This document shows positions 8,113-16,406 of a stretch of DNA of 42,354 bases, one piece after another. The stretch lies in NCBI GenBank assembly GCA_017882325.1, contig JADGPQ010000003.1, positions 1-42,354 on the forward strand, given 5' to 3'. This stretch comes from Thermoleophilia bacterium. Lineage in GTDB: Bacteria; Actinomycetota; Thermoleophilia; UBA2241. A program made the translations under genes and the position numbers. A model generated the notes under the pieces. That model did not search any database and was not told the DNA's origin. It saw nothing but the letters and a program-made list of their open reading frames with translations. Numbering within the stretch: the first letter of the stretch is position 1; each line of letters begins with the position of its first letter.

Positions 8113-9510
8113 GTGGACCTCTTCTCGATGAGTGACGAGCAGGTTGCGGCCGAAGCGCCGCTGGCGGCGCGCGTGCGGCCGCGCAGCCTGGCGGAGTTCG
8201 TCGGCCAGGAGCACATCGTCGGGCCCGGCACGGTGCTGCGCGCCGCTATCGAGGGCGGCGAGCTGTTCAGCATGATCTTCTTCGGGCCGCCGGGGAGCGG
8301 CAAGACCACGCTGGCGCGCCTCATCGCCACCGAGACCGGCGCCCGGCTGGTGCAGCTGTCCGCGGTCAACTCGGGCACGGCGGACGTGCGCGCCGCGATC
8401 CAGGGCGCGCGCGAAGCGCGCGCCCTCAGCGCGGCCCGCACCATCCTCTTCATCGACGAGATCCACCGCTTCAACAAGGCCCAGCAGGACGCTCTGCTGC
8501 CGGCCATTGAAGACGCCGTAGTGACGCTCATCGGCGCGACCACCGAGAACCCCTACTTCGAGGTCAACTCGGCGCTGATCTCGCGCTGCCAGCTCTACCG
8601 GTTCGAGCCGCTGCCGCCGGAACTTGTGGAGCAGGTCGTGCAGACGGCGCTCGGCGACGCGGCACGCGGTCTGGGCGACAAGGGCGTCACGCTGGCCGAT
8701 GGCGGCCTCGGCTTCCTCGCCGAGATCTCGCGCGGCGACGCGCGCGTTGCCCTGAACGCCCTCGAGACCGCCTGGCGGTCGCGCGCCGCCGTCCGGCCGC
8801 CAGGAAGTGGGTCCGCTGTCAGCAGCTCTGGCGTCGCTCCGCCACAAGTGACCCTCACGGTGGACGACCTTCGTGACGCCGCCCAGAAGAGTCCTGTGTC
8901 GTACGACCGCGAGGACTCGCACTACGACACGATCTCGGCCTTCATCAAGTCCATGCGGGGGAGCGACCCCGACGCCGCCGTCTACTATATGGCCTCGATG
9001 CTTGCCGGTGGCGAGGACCCCAAGTTCATCGCTCGGCGCATGATCGTGTTCGCCAGCGAGGACGTGGGCAACGCCGACCCTCTGGCGCTGCAGGTCGCCA
9101 TCGCCGCTTCGCGCGCGGTCGAGTTCGTGGGCCTGCCCGAGTGCCGTATCAACCTCAGCCAGGCGGCGGCCTACCTGGCCCTCGCGCCCAAGAGCAACGC
9201 CGCGTACAAGGCCGTGGACGCGGCGCTCGACGACGTCAAGCGCGAGGGCAACCAGCCGCCGCCGCCCCATCTGCGGGACGCCGGCTACAAGGGGGCGAAG
9301 GCGCTCGGCCACGGCGTCGGCTACCAGTATCCCCACGGCCACGGGGGCTGGGTGGAACAACAGTATCTGCCCGACAAGCTCTCAGGCCGCCGCTACTACG
9401 TGCCGATACGCGGGGTAGAACGCGAGATGGCGTCCCGCCTCGAAGAAGTCAAGCGGCGGGCCGCGTCCGGGGAGGCAGACCAGGTGGACCAGGAGAAGAG
9501 GGATGGGTAG
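8113..9510 (+). CDS. rarA: Replication-associated recombination protein A (AAA+ ATPase, RarA/MgsA)
   Basis: PLAARVRP, GPPGSGKTT (Walker A), LFIDEIHRFNKAQQD, GATTENPYF, HYDTISAFIKSMRGSDPDAA, SEDVGNADP. Confidence 0.96.
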   Translation: MDLFSMSDEQVAAEAPLAARVRPRSLAEFVGQEHIVGPGTVLRAAIEGGELFSMIFFGPPGSGKTTLARLIATETGARLVQLSAVNSGTADVRAAIQGAREARALSAARTILFIDEIHRFNKAQQDALLPAIEDAVVTLIGATTENPYFEVNSALISRCQLYRFEPLPPELVEQVVQTALGDAARGLGDKGVTLADGGLGFLAEISRGDARVALNALETAWRSRAAVRPPGSGSAVSSSGVAPPQVTLTVDDLRDAAQKSPVSYDREDSHYDTISAFIKSMRGSDPDAAVYYMASMLAGGEDPKFIARRMIVFASEDVGNADPLALQVAIAASRAVEFVGLPECRINLSQAAAYLALAPKSNAAYKAVDAALDDVKREGNQPPPPHLRDAGYKGAKALGHGVGYQYPHGHGGWVEQQYLPDKLSGRRYYVPIRGVEREMASRLEEVKRRAASGEADQVDQEKRDG

Positions 9511-9898
9511 AGCCTACATCGTCGTTCTGGCGTTCCTCTTCGTGGCGCTCATCGCGCTGGCCGTGGTGTGGTGGTACGCACGGCATGTCAAAGACGATCT
9601 CGATGAGTCCTCCCGCATCGTCACCGGGGCTCGCGGCGTTATCGAGCTGACGCCGGCCAGCATGGAGCAGCTGCGGCAGCTCAGCTCGGAGCCCATCCTC
9701 CTCAAGCAGGGCGAAGAAGGCGTGCGCGTGCAGATCGAGCACCGGCCGATGATGCCTCTCATGGCCTTCGTGGGAAAGGATGTGAGCGCCGCGCTCGGCG
9801 AGACGGCGGCAGAGATCACGGAGCGCTACGGCGTGACGTGGGTGGTGCTGGTCAACGTAGGGCAGGACGATCGCGTCACGCTGCAGCGGCTTGCGTGA
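9503..9898 (+). CDS. Hypothetical protein with an N-terminal transmembrane helix
   Basis: Hydrophobic residues 5-24; AGAGG SD; overlaps the rarA stop by 8 nt. Confidence 0.75.
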   Translation: MGRAYIVVLAFLFVALIALAVVWWYARHVKDDLDESSRIVTGARGVIELTPASMEQLRQLSSEPILLKQGEEGVRVQIEHRPMMPLMAFVGKDVSAALGETAAEITERYGVTWVVLVNVGQDDRVTLQRLA

Positions 9899-10045
9899 CC
9901 CCCGCGTGCAGGACTGGACTGCACCAGACCGTATACAGGGCTGTACACTGGTAAAGTCCAAGCCCCATTCTTCCGAAGAACACACAGCCGGCTCCGCGCG
10001 CCCGTGCGGCTGGCGAGACGCTGGGCACCGGTCAAGGAGGCAGCG

Positions 10046-11293
10046 ATGAAGCGGCTCATGAAGATTCTGCTCGGGCTCTCTATCGGAGCGGCGGTCGCCA
10101 TGCTGTTCGCTCCCAAGAGCGGCCGCGAACTGCGTGAACAACTGATGGGCGGTGCGACCGGCAAGCTCCTTCCGGCGGCGCCGGTCGAGTTCCCCGAGCC
10201 TGAGGGTGAGCGCCTCTGGGACTCCGGCATGGCCACGGCCGTGGCGGAACCGCCCGTCGTGGAGCCGGCCGTCGAGGAGACCGCGATCATCGAGGAGAGC
10301 GCGATCATCGAGGAGACCGCGATCGTCGAGGAAGTGGCCGTCGCTGAAGAGACTCCCGCGGCGGAAGAGGTCGTCGTCGAAGAAGTCGTGGTAGTCGAGG
10401 AGGTCGCCGCGGTGGAGCTCGAGGTCGCCGAGGACACCGCCTCCGAGGATCTGCGGGCGCGCATCGAGGAGACCCGCGCCGCCGTCGAGACCGACATCGC
10501 CCAGCCGTTCGCCCCGGCCGCCGGCGACGCTGCCGTTGAGGAAGCAGCGGCTGAGGAAGCCGTCGTCGAAGAGGCAGTGGCAGAGGAGGCCGCGCCCGAA
10601 GAGGCCGAAGCTGAGGAGGCCAAGGCTGAGAAAGCCGTCGTCGAGGAGCCCGTCCTCGAAGGCCCCGAGTTTCGTGAACCTGCTGCCCCGCCGGAGCCCG
10701 AGGCAGTCGTGGAGCCGCCGGCGGAAGAGCCACGCGCCTGGGAGATCGCCTACGACGCGGAAGACACCGCCGTCGCGGAAGACACCGCCGTCGCGGAAGA
10801 ACCGCGCGTGGAGGAGCCTCTCGCCGAAGGGTCCGTGTCCGAGGCGCCCGAGGCCGACGAGCCTGTCGCGGAGCAAGTTCCAGCGAGTAAGGCAGCCGAG
10901 GGTCTCGTCGCCGACATCGCTTCGAGTCAGGTAGCGGCCGTTGCCGAAGAGTCACCGGCTGAGGCCGTCGAGGGGGTCGAGGAGATCGAGGGCGCCGCGG
11001 AGGTGGAGGAGATTGAGGTCGTCCCCGTGGAGGAGGCTCCGATCGAGGAACCCGTGGCTGAGGAGCCCGCCGCGCGCGAGGGCGGTCCCATCGATCAGGC
11101 GGAGATGCGGCGCCGGATCGAAGAGACGCGCGCCCGTCTCAAGGCGAAGGCATTCGACGCCATGATGAGCGGCGAGTCGGCCCTGCTCTCGCGCGACAGC
11201 GGCACGAAGCCTGTACCCAAGGCCGACGACGTGAAGCTCGATGGCGAGCTCGAGAGCTCCATCGACGAGTCGCTGTCGCAGGAAGAGTACTGA
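10046..11293 (+). CDS. YtxH-domain protein with a long Glu/Ala/Val/Pro-rich region
   Basis: GLSIGAAVAMLFAPKSGRELREQL is the YtxH signature; AAGGAGG SD at 10034-10040. Confidence 0.85.
   Translation: MKRLMKILLGLSIGAAVAMLFAPKSGRELREQLMGGATGKLLPAAPVEFPEPEGERLWDSGMATAVAEPPVVEPAVEETAIIEESAIIEETAIVEEVAVAEETPAAEEVVVEEVVVVEEVAAVELEVAEDTASEDLRARIEETRAAVETDIAQPFAPAAGDAAVEEAAAEEAVVEEAVAEEAAPEEAEAEEAKAEKAVVEEPVLEGPEFREPAAPPEPEAVVEPPAEEPRAWEIAYDAEDTAVAEDTAVAEEPRVEEPLAEGSVSEAPEADEPVAEQVPASKAAEGLVADIASSQVAAVAEESPAEAVEGVEEIEGAAEVEEIEVVPVEEAPIEEPVAEEPAAREGGPIDQAEMRRRIEETRARLKAKAFDAMMSGESALLSRDSGTKPVPKADDVKLDGELESSIDESLSQEEY
10272..10332 (+). repeat. 18-bp tandem repeat, about 3.4 copies (EETAII)
   Basis: tcgaggagaccgcgatca / tcgaggagagcgcgatca / tcgaggagaccgcgatcg / tcgagga. 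Confidence 0.85.
10756..10800 (+). repeat. Perfect 18-bp tandem repeat, 2.5 copies (AEDTAV)
   Basis: cgcggaagacaccgccgt x2 followed by cgcggaaga. Confidence 0.85.
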
Positions 11294-11320
11294 GGCGCGC
11301 CGTCACACAGATCCGTTGAC

Positions 11321-11361
11321 GACGACGGGAGCGGGCGCCGCAGGCGCCCGCTCCCGTCGTC
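11321..11361. terminator. Perfect 19-bp inverted repeat between convergent genes
   Basis: gacgacgggagcgggcgcc-gca-ggcgcccgctcccgtcgtc; no U-tract. Confidence 0.7.
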
Positions 11362-11369
11362 TGTGCGGA

Positions 11370-13196
11370 TCACCGCTGGTCCGGCCGCCGCGGTCGTCGC
11401 TTGGCCTGCCGGCTCGCCCTGCGCCGCTCGCGGGGTGACTCCAGCCCGAGACCGGCCGCCCACTCTTCGTCACCTATGCGGTTCGGGCTCCGCCGGTCGA
11501 TGGCAGGCCAGGTGAGCGCGCCCGGCGCCAAGCCCCGCTCGTGCATAGTGTGCGCCAGGATGCCGGCGGTGGACAGGAACAGCACTGCCAGCAGCACCGC
11601 CGACGCGGGAATGGTGCGGTTCTCGAGCAGCAGGAAGAAGTACCACCAGACGTTCGATCCAAGCCCGAGCAGGGTCGCGTAGTAGATCAGTACCACCGGG
11701 ATCATGATCAGCCCGACATAGGCCGGTAAGACGGAGCGTGCCCAGCCGCCGGGCTTCGCCAAAGGCCAGATGATGGCCGCCGGCAGCACCAGCAACACCG
11801 CGTAGGGATTGATGAGCAGAGCCAGCACGGCGACCAGCACGAGCAACGCATGGGCGATGAAGATCGTCGCCCGCGGGTCGGTCGTCATGCCCCGTTCGAG
11901 GCGTCGCGCGACGGCCACGGCGTAGGCGTAGGCCAGGACGAGCAGGGCTGCGAGGATCACCACGCGCAGGTAGCGCGGGTTGGCGACGACGTGAGACCCG
12001 GGGGGAATGACGGCGCCCGGGCTGCGGGGAAGCTGGCCCAGCAGGTTGGCCAGATAGATGAGAGCGAGCAAGACGAGCCACGGCGCCAAATGCAGTGCCG
12101 AGCGCACCACGGCCGGGCGGAGCTTGACGCGCGCCCGTTGACAATGTGCGAACAGATCGACGGTCACGCCTGCAAGCGGAAGGAGAAACGCGGCCAGGAT
12201 AAGCGCGAGGGATCCGCCGGGCAGCGTGCGGCTGCGCGTAAGAAAGATCGTGCCGCCGCTGCGAGCCCCTGGGCTCGTCGTGCCGTCGATCGCCATGATC
12301 ATCCCCTGCACCGTGCTGCCGACCTTGGTGAGCGTCTCCGTGGAGACGCTGTCGAGGGTGTCGCTCTGCGGCGGCGCTAGGTCGCCCGCAGCCGAGACGG
12401 TGATGCCCGGAATGCCCCGCGCGACAAAAGGTCCTTGGCTGCCGGAGCTGGTCGGCACCGCCAGGCGCAGCACCTGAGCCGGCACCGTGGGAAGCAGCGC
12501 CTCCATGTTGGCGTTCACGCGCGCCGCCGGGGCCGTCAGCAGCCAGAGCCATGGCGGAGCCACCTTGGCCGCGGGGCTCCAGCCGTCCAGGCCGATGCCC
12601 GCGGGATCTCGCGTCGCCACCTCGCGGAGCGCGATCACGGCGTACAGGTCGTCGATCTGGTGGTCCTCCACGAAGCGCCGCGCCCCGAGCGCGCCGTAGG
12701 CGTCGCCGCTGGTGCAGACGAAGATGATGGGATGGTCGTGCGTGGTCACCGTGAACGACCGCGCCAGCCCGAGCAGCGCGGCGACTCCCGAGGCATTGTC
12801 GTTGGCGCCCTGCGTGGCTATCGGCGTGGCGTCGCGATTGGCGATCACGATGATCGTGCCCGCGGCGTCGCCCTTGGAGAGCGCCCAGACGTTCTGCAGG
12901 GCCACGTTCTTGCCGTTGATCGTCGCCGCGAAGCCGTCGATGTGCGTCTCGAGGCCGGCCTGCTTGAACTGCTGCACGACCCACAGCGCCAGCCGGTTGT
13001 CGGGGTCGGTGCCGGCCACGCGCAGTGGGTAGTCGGTGACGATGGTGCGGAGGTCAGCCGCCGCCTGCTCGCCGTCGAACGACACGGGCTCGAGGCTCAG
13101 TTTCGGGGTGTCGGGTCTGCCCAGCGTGAAAAGGGAGATCACGACGAGGATGAGCCCCACGACCCAGGCGGCTCGGTACACCTTGAGGTTGGGCAG
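11370..13196 (-). CDS. Membrane protein with a degenerate M28 peptidase-like domain and a multi-TM C-terminus
   Basis: N-terminal TM, R.AGT, QNVWA, GANDNASG, then about 7 hydrophobic helices. Start placed at CTG 13196 behind AAGGAGGT; the alternative is ATG 13223. Confidence 0.8.
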   Translation of the reverse strand: MPNLKVYRAAWVVGLILVVISLFTLGRPDTPKLSLEPVSFDGEQAAADLRTIVTDYPLRVAGTDPDNRLALWVVQQFKQAGLETHIDGFAATINGKNVALQNVWALSKGDAAGTIIVIANRDATPIATQGANDNASGVAALLGLARSFTVTTHDHPIIFVCTSGDAYGALGARRFVEDHQIDDLYAVIALREVATRDPAGIGLDGWSPAAKVAPPWLWLLTAPAARVNANMEALLPTVPAQVLRLAVPTSSGSQGPFVARGIPGITVSAAGDLAPPQSDTLDSVSTETLTKVGSTVQGMIMAIDGTTSPGARSGGTIFLTRSRTLPGGSLALILAAFLLPLAGVTVDLFAHCQRARVKLRPAVVRSALHLAPWLVLLALIYLANLLGQLPRSPGAVIPPGSHVVANPRYLRVVILAALLVLAYAYAVAVARRLERGMTTDPRATIFIAHALLVLVAVLALLINPYAVLLVLPAAIIWPLAKPGGWARSVLPAYVGLIMIPVVLIYYATLLGLGSNVWWYFFLLLENRTIPASAVLLAVLFLSTAGILAHTMHERGLAPGALTWPAIDRRSPNRIGDEEWAAGLGLESPRERRRASRQAKRRPRRPDQR

Positions 13197-13221
13197 GGCG
13201 GACCTCCTTGGGCGTGCGGGC

Positions 13222-13245
13222 ATCCTATCAGACAGCGGGTAAGAT
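13222..13245. promoter_or_regulatory. Back-to-back divergent -10 elements: TGATAGGAT (minus, 13222-13230) and TAAGAT (plus, 13240-13245)
   Basis: TAAGAT is 6 nt before the response-regulator ATG. TGATAGGAT precedes the SD of the M28-like gene. Confidence 0.5.
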
Positions 13246-13251
13246 GGACCC

Positions 13252-13956
13252 ATGAGTACCCCCACTCGCATCCTCGTGGTCGAGGACGAGGCACGCATCG
13301 CCGAGGTGGTGCAGAGCTATTTGGAGCGCGAGGGGCACATGGTGGTGCGGGCGACGACTGGCGAGGACGCTCTCGAAGACTTCGCCCGTCGCCGTCCCGA
13401 TCTCGTCGTGCTCGACCTTGGCCTTCCCCGCATGGCCGGGGAGGACGTGTGCCGCCGCATCCGCGCCGCTTCCGATGTGCCCATCATCATGCTCACCGCC
13501 AAAGACGGCGAGGAGGATCTGGTCAAGGGCCTGCAGCTGGGCGCCGACGACTACCTCACCAAGCCGTTCAGCCCGCGCGAGCTCACGGCGCGCGTGCGCG
13601 CCCTTCTGCGCCGGGCGCGCAGCGATGACGAGCCCCAAGCCGATGTGCTGGAGCGTGCCGGCGGGCGGCTCGTCGTCGACAGCAGCCGCCGGCGCGCCAT
13701 CCTCGACGGCGCGCCCGTCGACCTCACCGAATCGGAGTTCCGCCTGTTGCAGACGCTCGCTCGCTTCCCGGGGCGCGTGTACACGCGCTTCGAGCTTGTC
13801 GAAAAGGTGCAGGGCTACCAGTTCGAGGCGTACGAGCGCACTATCGACGCGCACGTCAAGAACCTCCGCCGCAAGCTGGGCGAAGACGCGCGCGATCCGC
13901 GCTTGATCCTCACGGCCTACGGCCGCGGCTACGCGTTCGCCGAGGAGCAGATGTGA
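13252..13956 (+). CDS. OmpR/PhoB-family response regulator
   Basis: ILVVEDE, VVLDLGLP, IMLTAK, GADDYLTKPFSPREL, winged helix RTIDAHVKNLRRKL...GRGY. Confidence 0.96.
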   Translation: MSTPTRILVVEDEARIAEVVQSYLEREGHMVVRATTGEDALEDFARRRPDLVVLDLGLPRMAGEDVCRRIRAASDVPIIMLTAKDGEEDLVKGLQLGADDYLTKPFSPRELTARVRALLRRARSDDEPQADVLERAGGRLVVDSSRRRAILDGAPVDLTESEFRLLQTLARFPGRVYTRFELVEKVQGYQFEAYERTIDAHVKNLRRKLGEDARDPRLILTAYGRGYAFAEEQM

Positions 13957-15362
13957 AGCGCGGCCTGCGGCTGCGCCTGGCTTTCACACATGCGCTCGTG
14001 GCGTTGCTCGCGATCGCGGTGGTGGCCGTGATCGTGTTCGTGGCGGGCGGCCGCCGCTTCGACAGTTACCTGAGTCAGGTGCAGCGCTCCCGCAACGAGG
14101 CGGTCGTGCGCACCCTCACCCAGACCTACAAGGCTCCCGACGGCTGGGACGCCGCGGCGATCTACGCACTCAGCCAGATCGCCGTTCTCAATAGCGTCGA
14201 CGTCGCCATGTACTCGCCCCAGGGGCAGCTGCTCTTCACTGTCCAGGGCCGACGCATGGGCAGCGGCATGATGGGCGGCGGTAGCGGGATGATGGGCGGG
14301 GCCGGCGCGTCCAGCGCTGCGCCCTCCCCTCAGGCCACATCGCTGAGCCGCGACCAGTTCGAGGTGCAGAGCTACCCGGTGGTGGTCAACGGTCAGAAGG
14401 TCGGCACGGCCGACATCTATGCGCCGCGCGACGCAAGGGCCGCCGCCGAGTCGGCGTACCAGACCGCACTCACCCGCAACCTGGTGATCGCGGCGCTCGT
14501 GGCAGCCGTGCTCGCCTTCCTCATCAGCCTGGTCGTCAGCCGCCGCATCACGGGGCCGCTCGAGGAGCTCACCGACGCGGCTGAAGATGTCTCTGCCGGC
14601 AATTTCGATGTGCGCGTCTCGCCACGCGCGAACGACGAGGTGGGCGCGCTCGCTTCCGCGTTCAACGCCATGGCCGACCGCTTGGCGCGCGACGAGCAGT
14701 GGCGCCGCGACATGACGGCCGATCTCTCGCACGAGCTGCGCACGCCGTTGGCGACCATACAGTCGCGCATAGAGGCCCTGGAGGACGGAGTGCTGCCGGC
14801 CACGCCGGAGAATCTGCGCGTGATCGGCGCCGAGGTCGAGCGCCTGGGGCGCCTGCTCAGCGCCCTCCGCAGCCTCAATGAGCTGGAGAGCGAGGATATG
14901 AGCGTCGAGCTCGACAGGCTCGATCTGGCCGACGTGGGACGCGACGCCATCGCCCACGCCGAGAGCGTCTTCGCCGCGAAGGGCGTTACGCTCGACGGCG
15001 ATCTGGCCCCGGCCACTGTCAAAGGCGACCGCGACCGTATGCTGCAGGTCGCCGCCAACCTGCTCGACAACGCCCTCAAGTTCACGCCTGTGGGCGGCCG
15101 CGTGGTGCTGGCCGTCGCCTCCAGCGACGGACCTCGGGCCACGCTCACGGTCACCGATAACGGCTCCGGCGTCGACCCCGTCGACTTGCCCTTCATCTTC
15201 GACCGCTTCTATCGCTCGCAGGCGGCCCGGGGCACTCAGGGCGTCGGCCTCGGCCTCGCGATCGCCAGCGGTCTCGTCGAGGCCCAGGGGGGCGTCATCG
15301 AGGCCGCCGACCGGCCGGAGGGCGGCGCCGTGTTCACGGTGCGGCTGCCGGCAGTCGGCTGA
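13953..15362 (+). CDS. Sensor histidine kinase (2 TM, HAMP, HisKA, HATPase_c; BaeS-like)
   Basis: SHELRTPL, NLLDNALKF, DNGSG, FDRFYR, GVGLGL; GTGA overlap with the regulator. Confidence 0.96.
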   Translation: MKRGLRLRLAFTHALVALLAIAVVAVIVFVAGGRRFDSYLSQVQRSRNEAVVRTLTQTYKAPDGWDAAAIYALSQIAVLNSVDVAMYSPQGQLLFTVQGRRMGSGMMGGGSGMMGGAGASSAAPSPQATSLSRDQFEVQSYPVVVNGQKVGTADIYAPRDARAAAESAYQTALTRNLVIAALVAAVLAFLISLVVSRRITGPLEELTDAAEDVSAGNFDVRVSPRANDEVGALASAFNAMADRLARDEQWRRDMTADLSHELRTPLATIQSRIEALEDGVLPATPENLRVIGAEVERLGRLLSALRSLNELESEDMSVELDRLDLADVGRDAIAHAESVFAAKGVTLDGDLAPATVKGDRDRMLQVAANLLDNALKFTPVGGRVVLAVASSDGPRATLTVTDNGSGVDPVDLPFIFDRFYRSQAARGTQGVGLGLAIASGLVEAQGGVIEAADRPEGGAVFTVRLPAVG

Positions 15363-15365
15363 CCC

Positions 15366-16406
15366 ATGCGTGAGATCCTGCGCGAGGCGCTCGGCCTGCT
15401 CGAGAGCGGCGAGCCATTCGCTCTGGTCACGCTCGTCGCGCAGCAGGGCTCCACGCCGAGGGCCGCCGGCGCGCAGATGCTCGTGCGGCCGGACGGATCC
15501 ATCGCCGGGACCATCGGTGGCGGACTCCTTGAGGCGACGATGATGCGGGAGGCTGCGGAGGCCATAGCCGCCGGTCGGTCGCACTTGAGCGCCGTGGCGC
15601 TCACCGGCGAGTCGGTCTCCGGACCCGTCATGATCTGTGGGGGCAACGCGGCGGTGCTCGTTGCCTTCGTGCCGGCCGGCGATGTCGATCTGCAGGCGCT
15701 GCTGGGCGGCCTCGAGCAGGCGCGAGCGGACGAGCGCGCGGCGTGGCTGTACACGTTCTTCGCCGCGAGACCCGGGCCCACTGAGGTGAGCTACTGCCTG
15801 CTCCGGGACGGCGCCGATCCCGTGGGTGAGTTGCCGTGCGCGCCGGCGGTGCTGCACGCGCTGGCCGGCAAGCTCGCCGTGCACGGATCGGCCGAGCTGC
15901 CGGACGGCAGGTCGGTGTCCGTCGAGGCACTGCTGCCGCCGACGACGGCCGTGATCTGCGGCGCCGGGCACGTCGCCCAGGCACTGGCGCCGGTGGCCGC
16001 GGCCGTCGGCTTCGACGTCGTGGTCCTCGACGATCGTCCCGAGTTCGCTGTGGCTGAGCGCTTCCCGGCTGCCTCCCGCGTGGTCCGGCTCGAGACCTTC
16101 GACGACGCCTTCGCGGGACTCGCCATCACTCCGCGCAGTTTCATCGTCATCGTCACGCGCGGGCACGTCCACGACTTCTCGACGCTGAAGCAGGCACTGC
16201 GCACGCCGGCCGGCTATATCGGCCTCATGGGCAGCGCCTCCAAACGCGAGAAGATCTTCGGGGCACTCGCGGCGGAAGGCTACTCCGCCGCCCGAGAGCG
16301 GATCTACTCGCCGATAGGCGTCGCCATCGGGGCCGAGACCCCGGCGGAGTTGGCGGTCAGCATCACCGCGGAACTCATCCGCGAGCGGGCGGCGATGGTG
16401 GAGTGA
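15366..16406 (+). CDS. XdhC/CoxI-family molybdo-hydroxylase maturation factor
   Basis: GSTPRAAGA, GTIGGG, ICGG, ICGAGHVA, DDRPEF, VTRGH.HD, YIGLMGS..K, PIG..IGAETPAELAVSI.AE. Confidence 0.93.
   Translation: MREILREALGLLESGEPFALVTLVAQQGSTPRAAGAQMLVRPDGSIAGTIGGGLLEATMMREAAEAIAAGRSHLSAVALTGESVSGPVMICGGNAAVLVAFVPAGDVDLQALLGGLEQARADERAAWLYTFFAARPGPTEVSYCLLRDGADPVGELPCAPAVLHALAGKLAVHGSAELPDGRSVSVEALLPPTTAVICGAGHVAQALAPVAAAVGFDVVVLDDRPEFAVAERFPAASRVVRLETFDDAFAGLAITPRSFIVIVTRGHVHDFSTLKQALRTPAGYIGLMGSASKREKIFGALAAEGYSAARERIYSPIGVAIGAETPAELAVSITAELIRERAAMVE

Noticed and set aside
10272-10800. Repeats as a CRISPR array
   Set aside because: They are in-frame 18-bp coding tandem repeats with no spacers, and no cas genes are present.
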